From: an uncultured Pirellulales bacterium
Lineage (GTDB): Bacteria > Planctomycetota > Phycisphaerae > Sedimentisphaerales > Anaerobacaceae
Reading direction: 5' to 3'
Assembly: GCA_964597535.1 (NCBI GenBank)
Contig: CAZQYB010000001.1
Location: forward strand, 1-58,605
Length of the DNA: 58,605 bases
A model generated the notes under the pieces. The model did not search any database, was not told the DNA's origin, and saw nothing but the letters and a program-made list of their open reading frames with translations. Each line of letters starts with the position of its first letter. The stretch's first letter is position 1. Shown here in pieces: positions 27,816-37,072 of the stretch. A program made the translations under genes and the position numbers.

Positions 27816-27852
27816 CGGGGTCTATACATTTGGTATAGGCCCCGCTTTTTTT
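27816..27852 (+). terminator. intrinsic terminator of giant gene 2
   Basis: The hairpin CGGGGTCTATAC-ATT-TGGTATAGGCCCCG is followed by T7. Confidence 0.8.
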
Positions 27853-28034
27853 GTGCGTGTTCGACTATGGGATTGCGCGTGCGGAGTTTGACATCGTCCC
27901 GTACTATGGTAGTGAAGGGCAATTCGGGAATGGGGTCCTGCAATTGGTAGTTGGCCGGTGATTATCGATGATTTGCGATTTCCCGGTGTGGCGCTGTCGC
28001 CCTTATGGGGAGCTGCTGTGTCGAAGACAGTTAG

Positions 28035-28319
28035 TCAAAAAGTTATTTTGAAGTCTTTGTATTGGGTGTTGGGAGTGATTTCCTCGACTTTGGTTTCTCT
28101 GATGTAACCTGCGAGGGTGTTATTGATGTCGCGGAGGCAATCGTCAATGTCGTCAGAAAGACCCTGAGCGAGCATCTCAACAGTGCCGTCCGGAAGGTTG
28201 CGGACCCACCCGGTTAACCTGTGACGATTAGCCATATTGTGAGCGGTGAAGCGAAAGCCGATGCCCTGGACTCGGCCAATAAAGATTATATGTTTAGCGC
28301 TCTGGCTCATTTTTCGCAC
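28035..28319 (-). CDS. acyP: acylphosphatase
   Basis: The 94-aa ORF has the GRVQGIGFRFTA signature and the WVRNLPDGTVE block. The start could be the second ATG at 28310. Confidence 0.85.
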   Translation of the reverse strand: MRKMSQSAKHIIFIGRVQGIGFRFTAHNMANRHRLTGWVRNLPDGTVEMLAQGLSDDIDDCLRDINNTLAGYIRETKVEEITPNTQYKDFKITF

Positions 28320-28484
28320 TGCGTATTGCGTATATCGTATTGCGTGTTAAGGATAACAGCCATACATCTTTTATATTAACCCAGGACGATTTTTGCTGCA
28401 AGGGGGCAGTGGTGAGATAAGTTGGTGGTTCACGGGGGACGTAAAGTAGCGTATAATCTGATGGATTTGTGAATTTGGTTGATT

Positions 28485-29777
28485 ATGGCAAAGAAGACGA
28501 AGAGACAAATTGAGAGAGACGAGCAGATTTATCAGCTTACCACGCTTGTGGCGGGGGAGTTTTCGCTTCAGGAGGCGCTGGATAAGCTTGCGGAGGCGGC
28601 TGTGAAGATTGCCGGTGTCAAGGCCTGCTCGATTCGGCTGCTTGATGAAGAGGCCGGCGATTTGAAGATGCGAAGTACGTACGGGCTCAGCGAAGAATAC
28701 CGCGATAAAGGAGTTGTTTCCAAAGAAGATAGAGTGATTAAGGCGGCCTTTGCCGGTGAAGCGGTGGTGCTTGACGATATGCGGGTTGACGGCAGGGTCA
28801 AATATAAGGGGGCGACAATAAAAGAAGGGCTGGTCAGCCAGCTCACGGTTGCGATGCAATTCAGGGGTAAAGCTATCGGCGTGCTTCGTCTTTATAGTCC
28901 TAAGCCGATGCGCTTTGATGAAGATGATATTGCCCTTGCGCGGGCGGTTGCTTCGCAGTGCGCGGTGGCGATAACTAATGCCAAGCTGTATGCAAGGGCG
29001 ATTGAAGGCGCGCGTGTAACCGAACAGATGCGGCTGGCGGGGGCCATTCAGCGAAGAATGATTCCCGAAAGAGCGCCGTTGATACGGGGACTTGATATTG
29101 CGGCTGCTTATATACCGTGCTTCGATGTGGGCGGAGATTTCTATGATTTCCTTAAAATAGATGACAAGCGCATTGCGGTGGTGATTTCCGATGTGATAGG
29201 CAAGGGGATTCCCGCTGCGCTGAGGATGAGTTGCTTTAGAGGCGCTGTGCGGGCGTATGCTGATACCGAACGCAACGGCAAGGCCATAAAAGAGATGATA
29301 GGCAAGCTCAATAAAATGGCGTGCAGGGAGTGCGAGGAGAGTGAGTTTATCACGTTGTTTTATGCGATGATTGACACAGCAGATATGGCGATAACCTATT
29401 GCAATTATGGGCACGAGCCGACTGTGCTGATAAGAAGCGGAGAAATTACGGAATTGGACAAGGGTGGGCTTGTGCTTGGAGTCAGAACGGAAGCCGAATA
29501 TGAGATTGAAACCATTGCACTAAAAGAGGGTGATTGTTTGCTGTTCTATACGGATGGGTTGTTTGATGCCGCCAACTTTGAGGGTGAGTTCTGGGGCAGG
29601 GAAAGAATGCTCAGGATGGCAAAAAAGTTTGCCGCCGGCTCAGCGGGACAAATGGTTAAAAATATCCTGATGTACAGAAGGCGGTTTGTGGGACTTGCAA
29701 GACAGATTGATGACACAAGTATTATTGTTGTCAAGCTTGATAAGGCAACAGAGGCGGAATTTATGAAGCGAGGTTAG
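28485..29777 (+). CDS. GAF domain - PP2C/SpoIIE-family serine phosphatase (RsbU-like)
   Basis: The N-terminal GAF-like region includes ACSIRLLDEEAGDLKMRSTYGLS. The C-terminal region has DVGGDFYDF, VVISDVIGKGIPAAL, LLFYTDGL and DDTSIIVVK, typical of SpoIIE/RsbU phosphatases. I prefer ATG 28485 to TTG 28479. TATAAT lies at 28452..28457. Confidence 0.8.
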   Translation: MAKKTKRQIERDEQIYQLTTLVAGEFSLQEALDKLAEAAVKIAGVKACSIRLLDEEAGDLKMRSTYGLSEEYRDKGVVSKEDRVIKAAFAGEAVVLDDMRVDGRVKYKGATIKEGLVSQLTVAMQFRGKAIGVLRLYSPKPMRFDEDDIALARAVASQCAVAITNAKLYARAIEGARVTEQMRLAGAIQRRMIPERAPLIRGLDIAAAYIPCFDVGGDFYDFLKIDDKRIAVVISDVIGKGIPAALRMSCFRGAVRAYADTERNGKAIKEMIGKLNKMACRECEESEFITLFYAMIDTADMAITYCNYGHEPTVLIRSGEITELDKGGLVLGVRTEAEYEIETIALKEGDCLLFYTDGLFDAANFEGEFWGRERMLRMAKKFAAGSAGQMVKNILMYRRRFVGLARQIDDTSIIVVKLDKATEAEFMKRG

Positions 29778-29785
29778 TTTCCGGG

Positions 29786-30469
29786 ATGGCGGATTTGATT
29801 ATTACAATCGACGGTCCTGCCGCAAGCGGCAAAAGCACTGTTGCTCGGCTGCTGGCTGAGAAACTTGGAGCAAGCTTTCTTGATACCGGAGCAATGTATC
29901 GGGCGGTTACGCTGGCGGCGATGCAGGCAGGTGCAGATATGAGCAATGAGGAGGAACTGCTTGGCGTTTTGGAAACACGCGAATTTGAATTTGCCGTCAA
30001 AGGAGGCAAAATGATGGTTTGTATTGACGGTGTTGATGTTACCGAGCAGATACGTCGGCCGGCGGTTACTGCTAATGCTCGCCATATTGCCTCGGCGGCG
30101 AAGCTGCGGGAAAAGCTGGTGGCAATGCAGAGACAATTTGCGGCAGGCGAAGATAAAATCGTTACCGAAGGAAGGGACCAGGGCACAGCGGCATTTCCCG
30201 ATGCAGATATAAAATTTTATCTGACGGCTGCGACAGCCGAGCGGGCAAGGAGGAGACAAAATGAACTGCGGGCTAAGGGCGAAAACAAACATATTGAACA
30301 AATACAACGTGCCATCGAAGAAAGGGACAAAAGCGATGAAAGCAGGGCGGTTGGGCCTTTGAAGCCGGCCGGTAACGCTATCGTTGTTGATAGCACCGAT
30401 TTGAGTATAGAAGAGGTTGTGGAAAAAGTTTTAGGTTTCGTAAAAGAAAAATGCCCGGAAAAAAGCTGA
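29786..30469 (+). CDS. cmk: cytidylate kinase
   Basis: It has ITIDGPAASGKSTVARLLAEKLG (P-loop) and LDTGAMYRAVT. Confidence 0.93.
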   Translation: MADLIITIDGPAASGKSTVARLLAEKLGASFLDTGAMYRAVTLAAMQAGADMSNEEELLGVLETREFEFAVKGGKMMVCIDGVDVTEQIRRPAVTANARHIASAAKLREKLVAMQRQFAAGEDKIVTEGRDQGTAAFPDADIKFYLTAATAERARRRQNELRAKGENKHIEQIQRAIEERDKSDESRAVGPLKPAGNAIVVDSTDLSIEEVVEKVLGFVKEKCPEKS

Positions 30470-31107
30470 AAATGATGTGGTATTGGTTTGCGGTGTGGTG
30501 CTGTCGAGTTTTTTGTAGTGTATTTTTTAGCATGCGTATTTACGGCAGGAAAAACATCCCCAATAAAGGGGCTTTTGTATTGGTCGGTAACCATCAAAGT
30601 TTTCTTGACCCTGTGTTTTGTGGAATGTCTTTGAAGAGGTGTTTGTATTTTCTTGCCCGTGATTCGCTTTTTGCTAACAGGTTTTTCGGTCGGCTGATTT
30701 CCAGCGTGAATACAATACCAGTCAGACGGGGTAAGACGGATTTTTCTACAATGAAGAAGGTTATCGGCAAACTTAAAGAGGGTAATGGAGTTTGTCTTTT
30801 TCCGGAAGCTACGCGTACGTGCGATGGGAAAATTGCCCCATTCAAACCCGGCTTTGGTCTTCTGTGCAGGCGAGGTAACGCGGCGGTTGTACCGGTGGTG
30901 ATTGATGGAGCATTTGAATGCTGGCCCAGGCATCGAAAGATATTTATGCCCGGGAGCAGGATTGTAATCCGTTACGGTAAAGTCATAGCGGCCGAGGATG
31001 TAAAGAATATGAGTGATAGGAAACTGGCGGAGAAGTTGACCGATAAGTTGCGCGAAATGCAAAATGATTGCCGAGTTCAGCAAGGCAAAGAACCGTACAC
31101 TTATTGA
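30451..31107 (+). CDS. plsC: 1-acyl-sn-glycerol-3-phosphate acyltransferase
   Basis: It has NHQSFLDP (HX4D) and FPEATRT blocks. It overlaps cmk by 19 nt, the common cmk-plsC arrangement. Confidence 0.88.
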   Translation: MPGKKLKMMWYWFAVWCCRVFCSVFFSMRIYGRKNIPNKGAFVLVGNHQSFLDPVFCGMSLKRCLYFLARDSLFANRFFGRLISSVNTIPVRRGKTDFSTMKKVIGKLKEGNGVCLFPEATRTCDGKIAPFKPGFGLLCRRGNAAVVPVVIDGAFECWPRHRKIFMPGSRIVIRYGKVIAAEDVKNMSDRKLAEKLTDKLREMQNDCRVQQGKEPYTY

Positions 31108-31172
31108 TTATTTGTCAGTGGGCCAGTGTTGTTGCGAGATGAAATTGATAATAAGTCGGAAAAGTAGCGTCT

Positions 31173-32819
31173 ATGAAGCTGCTTGGTATTGAACTTTTGG
31201 ATTTTCTGGTTGTGGTGCTTTACCTGTTTGGGATTTGTGCGCTCGGAGTGTGGATGACAAGACGGGTGAAGAATACGTCGGATTTCTTCATCGGCAACTG
31301 GCGATTCGGTAAAGCGCTGCTGACGATGCACTCCTTTGGGACGGGGACGAGCAGTGAAATGCCTGTGGCGGTGGTGTCAAACTCTTTCAAAGGGGGGTTC
31401 TCGGGGATATGGACGCAATGGCTGTACCTTTTTATCACGCCGTTTTACTGGCTCTTTGCGCCGTGGTACCGAAGGCTTCGGTGCGTGACCATCGGTGATA
31501 TGTATGAGATGCGATTCAGCCGGGCAATCAGCATATTCTATACTGTTTTTGCTCTGGTTTTCTTTATGGTTTATGTAAGTCTCGGGCTAAAAGCTACATC
31601 GCAGACCGTCGCGGCCATTTCGGGCGGGCAGCTCAGCGCGGACAGCATTGTGATATTTATGGCTTTTTTGGTGGTCATTTACGGCTCTGCGGGCGGGCTT
31701 GGGGCTGTTGTTATCACCGACTTTATCCAGGGGCTGCTGATTATTGTGCTGTCTTTTATGTTGATTCCGTTCGGCCTGCAGGCAGTAGGTGGTTTTGAGG
31801 CACTGCATGGTAAAGTTGAAGCAGGAGTCTTTAGCTTGACATCACCGACTGGTTTTACACCTTTTTATGTGGTGATGGTAACATTTGCGGCGTTGTCCGG
31901 CATTGTGGCTCAGCCGCACCATATGGAGGTCATAGGCTCGGGCAAGACAGAATATGATGGTCGGTTCGGGTATTGCTACGGCTGCTTTATAAAGCGATTT
32001 TGCACAGTGGGCTGGACCTTTGTAGGTGTCCTGTGCATTGCTCTTTATGCAGACGTCGTCAAGAATCCGGATGAGGCGTTTGGCTATGCTATTAAAGACC
32101 TTCTGCCGATGGGGTGTGTGGGTTTGATGATTGTGGCAATGATGGCAACTGTGATGTCCTCGTGCGATTCGTTTATGGTCGATGCATCGGCGGTTTTTAC
32201 GCGTAATCTGTACCGGCACGTTAAACCGGGGCGGGATGAGAGGCACTATCTTCGGGTTGGCCGAGTTGTCGGTGTGTTTGTGGTTGCCGGTGGTGTTGTG
32301 GCTGCGTTTTTGTTTCCGAATATTTTTGCGAATCTCAAATTGGTATGGGATTTGCCCGCCTTCTGGGGAGCATCTTTCTGGCTGGGGATGCTCTGGCGGC
32401 GGGCCAACAGCAGAGGTGTGTGGATGAGTGTCATCGGAACAATGGTTGTCTATGTCTTCATCAAGATTTTGTGGGGCACTGAATTCCCTCATGCGTACCT
32501 GATAGCAATATATTTGCCTATCAGTTATATTCTGATGATTGTTGGAAGTCTGCTCAGTCCAAGGATGGCGGAAGAAAAGCTCGATGCGTTTTACGCCCGT
32601 GTGCATACGCCGATTAACACCAATCGCGACAAGGATAAAAAGAATGTTCAGGAGTCGGTGGAGTCTCCTCGCAAGTTCGAGCAGTATAAACTGTTCAAGT
32701 GGCGAGACCTGGAACTGCTCAAACCCGGAAAGGTTGACACTGTCGGCTTTCTGGTAGCCTGGGGATGGGTGGCCGTTATTCTGGGAGTTGCCCTTTTTCT
32801 GATTAAGTTTGGCGGTTAA
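31173..32819 (+). CDS. sodium:solute symporter family-like transporter
   Basis: The 548-aa polytopic ORF has about 13 hydrophobic segments. Its overall layout and Gly-rich helices resemble SSS-family permeases. The substrate cannot be inferred. Confidence 0.55.
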   Translation: MKLLGIELLDFLVVVLYLFGICALGVWMTRRVKNTSDFFIGNWRFGKALLTMHSFGTGTSSEMPVAVVSNSFKGGFSGIWTQWLYLFITPFYWLFAPWYRRLRCVTIGDMYEMRFSRAISIFYTVFALVFFMVYVSLGLKATSQTVAAISGGQLSADSIVIFMAFLVVIYGSAGGLGAVVITDFIQGLLIIVLSFMLIPFGLQAVGGFEALHGKVEAGVFSLTSPTGFTPFYVVMVTFAALSGIVAQPHHMEVIGSGKTEYDGRFGYCYGCFIKRFCTVGWTFVGVLCIALYADVVKNPDEAFGYAIKDLLPMGCVGLMIVAMMATVMSSCDSFMVDASAVFTRNLYRHVKPGRDERHYLRVGRVVGVFVVAGGVVAAFLFPNIFANLKLVWDLPAFWGASFWLGMLWRRANSRGVWMSVIGTMVVYVFIKILWGTEFPHAYLIAIYLPISYILMIVGSLLSPRMAEEKLDAFYARVHTPINTNRDKDKKNVQESVESPRKFEQYKLFKWRDLELLKPGKVDTVGFLVAWGWVAVILGVALFLIKFGG

Positions 32820-32865
32820 TACCACAGGTGTTTTAAGCTCGTGGTTTTGTATCAGTGAACTATTT

Positions 32866-33717
32866 ATGAAAGTGGTAGTTGCGGAAAAGTGTGGGTTTTG
32901 TCACGGCGTTAAAGACGCTATCAGTATGGCTGAAAAGATACTGGCGGAAGAAAAAGAGGTCTATAGTCTTGGCCCGATTATCCATAACAAAGATGTGGTG
33001 GAGCGGTTGGCCAAAAAAGGGCTAAAGACCGTTGGGAGTGTGGAAGAAATTCGGTCGGGCACAGTCCTTATCCGCTCTCACGGTGCTGCGCCGGAACAAA
33101 TAGCAAAGATTAAAGCGAAGGGACTTAAAATTGCTGATGCCACTTGTGTATTGGTTAAAAGAGTGCAGCAAATAGCCAAGGAGCTTGAAAGGGATGGTTA
33201 TAAAGTTGTCATTATCGGGGACAAAGACCACCCTGAGGTGCAGGCGGTTGTGGGCTGTGTCAGGGACGTTGTTGTGGTTGCCGATGAGACGGATTTGGAC
33301 AAGTTGCCTGAAAACGGCAGATTGGGGATTGTTTGTCAGACAACCCAAAGTCCTGAGCATTTCAGCAGAACGCTTGGAGCTATAGCAAAAAAGGGCTTTG
33401 ATGAATTGAAAGTAATAAATACTTTGTGCAAGGAAGCGATAAAAAGACAGGAATCAGCCGTGCAGTTGTGCAAACAAGTGGATATAATGTTTGTGCTTGG
33501 CGGCCTGAAAAGCGCCAATACGCGCAAGCTGGCAGAGCTTTGCAAAAATTATAACAGCCAAACATTTCACTTGCAAAATTGGAATGAACTTGATAGAAAT
33601 AAGGTTTCTGGTAAGAATATAGCCGGCGTTACGGCGGGCGCCTCGACGCCTGAATGGATAATTGCCGAATTTGTAGAAAATCTGGAAGTTTTTGACGAGA
33701 GCTGCGGCAGATTATAA
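32866..33717 (+). CDS. ispH: 4-hydroxy-3-methylbut-2-enyl diphosphate reductase
   Basis: It reads MKVVVAEKCGFCHGVKDAI (first cluster Cys), then GPIIHNKDVV and VLGGLKSANTRKL. I prefer ATG 32866 to the track start at 32809. The ispH-rpsA linkage is common. Confidence 0.88.
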   Translation: MKVVVAEKCGFCHGVKDAISMAEKILAEEKEVYSLGPIIHNKDVVERLAKKGLKTVGSVEEIRSGTVLIRSHGAAPEQIAKIKAKGLKIADATCVLVKRVQQIAKELERDGYKVVIIGDKDHPEVQAVVGCVRDVVVVADETDLDKLPENGRLGIVCQTTQSPEHFSRTLGAIAKKGFDELKVINTLCKEAIKRQESAVQLCKQVDIMFVLGGLKSANTRKLAELCKNYNSQTFHLQNWNELDRNKVSGKNIAGVTAGASTPEWIIAEFVENLEVFDESCGRL

Positions 33718-33943
33718 GTGCATATAAACATCCTTACGCTTGTATAATTCGGCGCACTTTGTCCAACGAATGCTAAGCAAGGTCCGGATATAAATTCTGC
33801 ATTGGCTGCGTGGGCCAATGTCTTTTTATAAATGGTTAACGGAAATGTTTTGTACTCGTGCAGCGGTGCACGAGGGCCTATCGGCGTAAATGTGGGGCGT
33901 CGGCGGGTCAGGAAAACAGACTCCGCAGAGGAATTTATGATTT

Positions 33944-35914
33944 ATGGTAGATAGAAATATAGTCAACAAATTAGGTTTGTCACAAGATGAGCTCGACCGA
34001 CAGGTTGGTGAAATGTTCACTGAGAAAGATGGCGAATTTTTGGAGGAGGTTTTGTGTGCGAAGGTCGATTCCCATCTGCCGGGGACTATCCTCAAAGGTA
34101 CAATCGAATCGCAAATAGGCAATGATGTTATCGTTGAAGTGGGTCTGAAAAGTGAAGGCGTTGTCGATGCGAGTGAATTTGACAGTCCCGAAGAGATAGA
34201 AGTGGGCAAAGAAATCGAAGTTTTTCTTGAAGATACCGACTCCGGAGGCGGCCTTATCCTGCTAAGTAAGCGCAAAGCCGACCGCATCAGAAGCTGGGGA
34301 ATGATTATTGACACAAAGAAGGAAGGCGATGTTGTCAGTGGCAGAGTTATAAGGCGCATCAAAGGCGGTTTGCTGGTTGATATTGGCGTGCCCGTGTTTT
34401 TGCCGGCCTCGCAGGTTGATATCAGAAGACCGGGTGACATCAGTAGATTCATCGGCAAGGAAGTCGAGTGCACGATTCTTAAGATTGATGCTGAAGGCCG
34501 GAATATTGTCGTATCGAGACGCAAACTTATTGAGGAAGAACGCCGGAGCAGCAAGGAAAAAATCATGGCGGAGATTGAGGTCGGCCAATTGCGAAAAGGC
34601 GTAGTGAAGAATATTTCCGACTTCGGTGTTTTCGTGGATTTAGGCGGCGTGGATGGCCTGCTGCATATTTCCGATTTGAGCTGGGGCAGGATATCACATC
34701 CGTCAGAAGTGGTTAAACTCGATGAGGAGATTGAGTGCGTTGTTATTGGTGTCGATAAAGAAAATGAGAAGATTTCCCTGGGGCTGAAGCAGAAAACCAC
34801 CAGTCCCTGGGAAGACATTGAGGAGCGTTATCCGATTGGAGCGAGGGTAAAGGGGACAGTTGTAAATGTTATGAACTATGGTGTGTTTGTTCGGCTCGAA
34901 GAAGGGATTGAAGGGCTGGTTCATATTAGCGAGATGAGCTGGACCAGGCGCCTGGCACATCCCAGTGAGATGCTCAATCTTGGTGACGAAACCGAGGTGG
35001 TTGTGCTGAACATCAACAAAGAAAAGCGAGAAATCTCACTTGGGTTAAAGCAGACGGAAATCAATCCATGGACGATTGCTTCTCAGAAGTATCCGGTTGG
35101 AACGATTGTTACCACGAAGGTGCGGAGTCTGACGAATTTTGGCGTATTTGTGGAGATAGAGTCAGGCATTGATGGTATGATACATATTTCAGATTTGAGC
35201 TGGACAAAGAAATTTAATCGTCCCAGCGAGATGCTGGAAAAAGGCCAGGAAGTAAAATGCGTTGTTCTTGAGGTCGATGAGCAGAAGCATCGGGTCTCGC
35301 TGGGGATAAAGCAGATGAGCGAAGACCCCTGGATTCGAGCCATTCCGGAAAAATATATTCCGGGACAAATTATCAAAGGCACCGTCACAAAGCTGACAAA
35401 TTTTGGCGCATTTGTTGAACTCGAACCGGATTTAGAAGGACTGTTACACATTTCCGAACTTGCCGACCATAAGGTTGATAAGCCCAGCGATGTAGTTAAA
35501 TTGGGTGATGAGGTTGAGGTTAAGATTCTAAGGATTGACCCTGAGTCGCGAAAGATAGGTTTGAGTTTGCGCAGAGCTCAATGGGCCGCCGAGGAACAGG
35601 CGGCCGAGGCCGCCCAGCAACAAACTCCAGCAGGTGTTCAGACTGTTCTTTCTGACAGTGATTTGGGCGAGATTGCAAAAACGCAAGAGAAGGCAGAGGA
35701 ATCTACAGAGGATAGTGTCGAACCGGCCCAGCCGGATAAACAAGCAAGTGAAGGAGCTGTGGCTGAAAGTGATGAGGTTGAAAAGACGGAAGAGACGCAC
35801 GAATCTGAAGAAGATAAGGGTGAAGAAACAGAGCAAAGTACACAGACAGATGAGCAGAGTGGGGGCGACAGCAGCGCAGAGGAGAAGAGCAAGTCTGATT
35901 CCGATAATGTATAG
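33944..35914 (+). CDS. rpsA: 30S ribosomal protein S1 with acidic C-terminal tail
   Basis: It has six S1 repeats (G.V..I..FG.FV.L....GL.HIS[ED][LM]SW pattern) and then a tail rich in E, D and S. Confidence 0.93.
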   Translation: MVDRNIVNKLGLSQDELDRQVGEMFTEKDGEFLEEVLCAKVDSHLPGTILKGTIESQIGNDVIVEVGLKSEGVVDASEFDSPEEIEVGKEIEVFLEDTDSGGGLILLSKRKADRIRSWGMIIDTKKEGDVVSGRVIRRIKGGLLVDIGVPVFLPASQVDIRRPGDISRFIGKEVECTILKIDAEGRNIVVSRRKLIEEERRSSKEKIMAEIEVGQLRKGVVKNISDFGVFVDLGGVDGLLHISDLSWGRISHPSEVVKLDEEIECVVIGVDKENEKISLGLKQKTTSPWEDIEERYPIGARVKGTVVNVMNYGVFVRLEEGIEGLVHISEMSWTRRLAHPSEMLNLGDETEVVVLNINKEKREISLGLKQTEINPWTIASQKYPVGTIVTTKVRSLTNFGVFVEIESGIDGMIHISDLSWTKKFNRPSEMLEKGQEVKCVVLEVDEQKHRVSLGIKQMSEDPWIRAIPEKYIPGQIIKGTVTKLTNFGAFVELEPDLEGLLHISELADHKVDKPSDVVKLGDEVEVKILRIDPESRKIGLSLRRAQWAAEEQAAEAAQQQTPAGVQTVLSDSDLGEIAKTQEKAEESTEDSVEPAQPDKQASEGAVAESDEVEKTEETHESEEDKGEETEQSTQTDEQSGGDSSAEEKSKSDSDNV

Positions 35915-36185
35915 CGGATAGTTACAGGGCAAGCAGAGGGAGAAACTAAACGCTGTTGTTAGTCAGTCATAACCACCCGGCTAAACTACGGGGCATTTTT
36001 GACCGATACCGGAGATAAGTGTCGTTAGGTGAAGAGCCAATCGTCCTAATAACAAAAGGTGAGGTCAAAACCAAATTTTGCCCTTATAGCTGAAGTCGAA
36101 AGACTTTTTAGCCGGGCGGGAGCAAGCTATAGCGTTCGACATCACAATAAAAGACTACCTGAAAGAGATTGACGAAGCGCCGCTA

Positions 36186-36950
36186 TTGACGATGGAACAG
36201 GAGCATTTTTTAGGCACGCTGATTGTTGAAGAAAATGATCAATGGGCCAGAGAACAATTGGTGCGGAGCAATCTCCGGCTGGTCGTTAATATTGCGAAGA
36301 AGTATGGAAGCCGAGGAATGAGTCTCGGTGACTTGATTGAGGAAGGAAATCTCGGTCTTATAAAAGCTGTTGATTACTTTGACCCAGAGCGCGGGACACG
36401 GTTCAGTACGTATGCAGCGTGGTGGATAAAGCAAAGTATCAAGCGTGCACTGCTTGAAAACGTTCAGCCGGTACACATTCCTACTTATATGGTTGCGTTG
36501 ATAAATCAATGGCGGCATATTGAGGCGGAACTGGAGAGCGGACTTGGCAGAATCCCGGATGTCGAAGAGATGGCGGATATAATGAAACTTTCACCGCGAA
36601 AGGCAAAAATAATACGTCGGGTCGTCAGGATTCTTGGTTCTGGTAGAGACGCTTACAGCTATGATGACTTGGACGAAGACTGGATGCTCGAAACGACTTT
36701 GGAGGACGAAAGCGCGGGCAGGCCGGAAGACGCACTGGTTGCCACTGAAGAGAAGGCGAAGGTTTTGCACTTGCTGGACGATATCGAGCCGAGAGAAGCC
36801 AACATCCTGAGGTTACACTACGGCTTGGATGGCCGAAAGCCAATGACACTAAGAGAAATCGGCAGGAAGTTAGGCCTGACGCGAGAGAGAATTCGCCAGA
36901 TTCAGCGTGATGCACTTACCAAACTCTATGAGTATATGAACGAAGAGTAA
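36186..36950 (+). CDS. sigma-70 family sigma factor (regions 2, 3 and 4); the true start is probably upstream at a non-canonical codon (the frame is open from 36090)
   Basis: It has NLRLVVNIAKKY, LIEEGNLGLIKAVDYFDPERGTRFSTYAAWWIKQSI and the region 4.2 sequence MTLREIGRKLGLTRERIRQIQRDAL. The in-frame upstream sequence encodes IKDYLKEIDEAPLLT, which is region 1.2-like. Confidence 0.85.
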   Translation: MTMEQEHFLGTLIVEENDQWAREQLVRSNLRLVVNIAKKYGSRGMSLGDLIEEGNLGLIKAVDYFDPERGTRFSTYAAWWIKQSIKRALLENVQPVHIPTYMVALINQWRHIEAELESGLGRIPDVEEMADIMKLSPRKAKIIRRVVRILGSGRDAYSYDDLDEDWMLETTLEDESAGRPEDALVATEEKAKVLHLLDDIEPREANILRLHYGLDGRKPMTLREIGRKLGLTRERIRQIQRDALTKLYEYMNEE

Positions 36951-37072
36951 CACTAAACAATAAGCTAATAAAACTTGCATTTCGTCATTTGTTTGCTAAC
37001 AATACACAGTGTTAATCAAGCGAAGCGAGCATTTTAACAGTTATATTGATAGGTGTTTGGTAGAGCAGACAA

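Noticed and set aside
28371-29414. 347-aa ORF on the minus strand
   Set aside because: It is fully antisense to the well-supported GAF-SpoIIE phosphatase gene. Its composition is rich in R, H, P and I and has no motifs, typical of a shadow ORF.
30217-32825. Two long minus-strand ORFs (30217..31083 and 31842..32825)
   Set aside because: They are antisense to plsC and to the SSS-type transporter. They have no motifs and a basic, low-complexity composition.
33826-34818. 330-aa serine-rich ORF on the minus strand
   Set aside because: It is antisense to rpsA, whose six S1 repeats are unmistakable. It is a low-complexity shadow frame.
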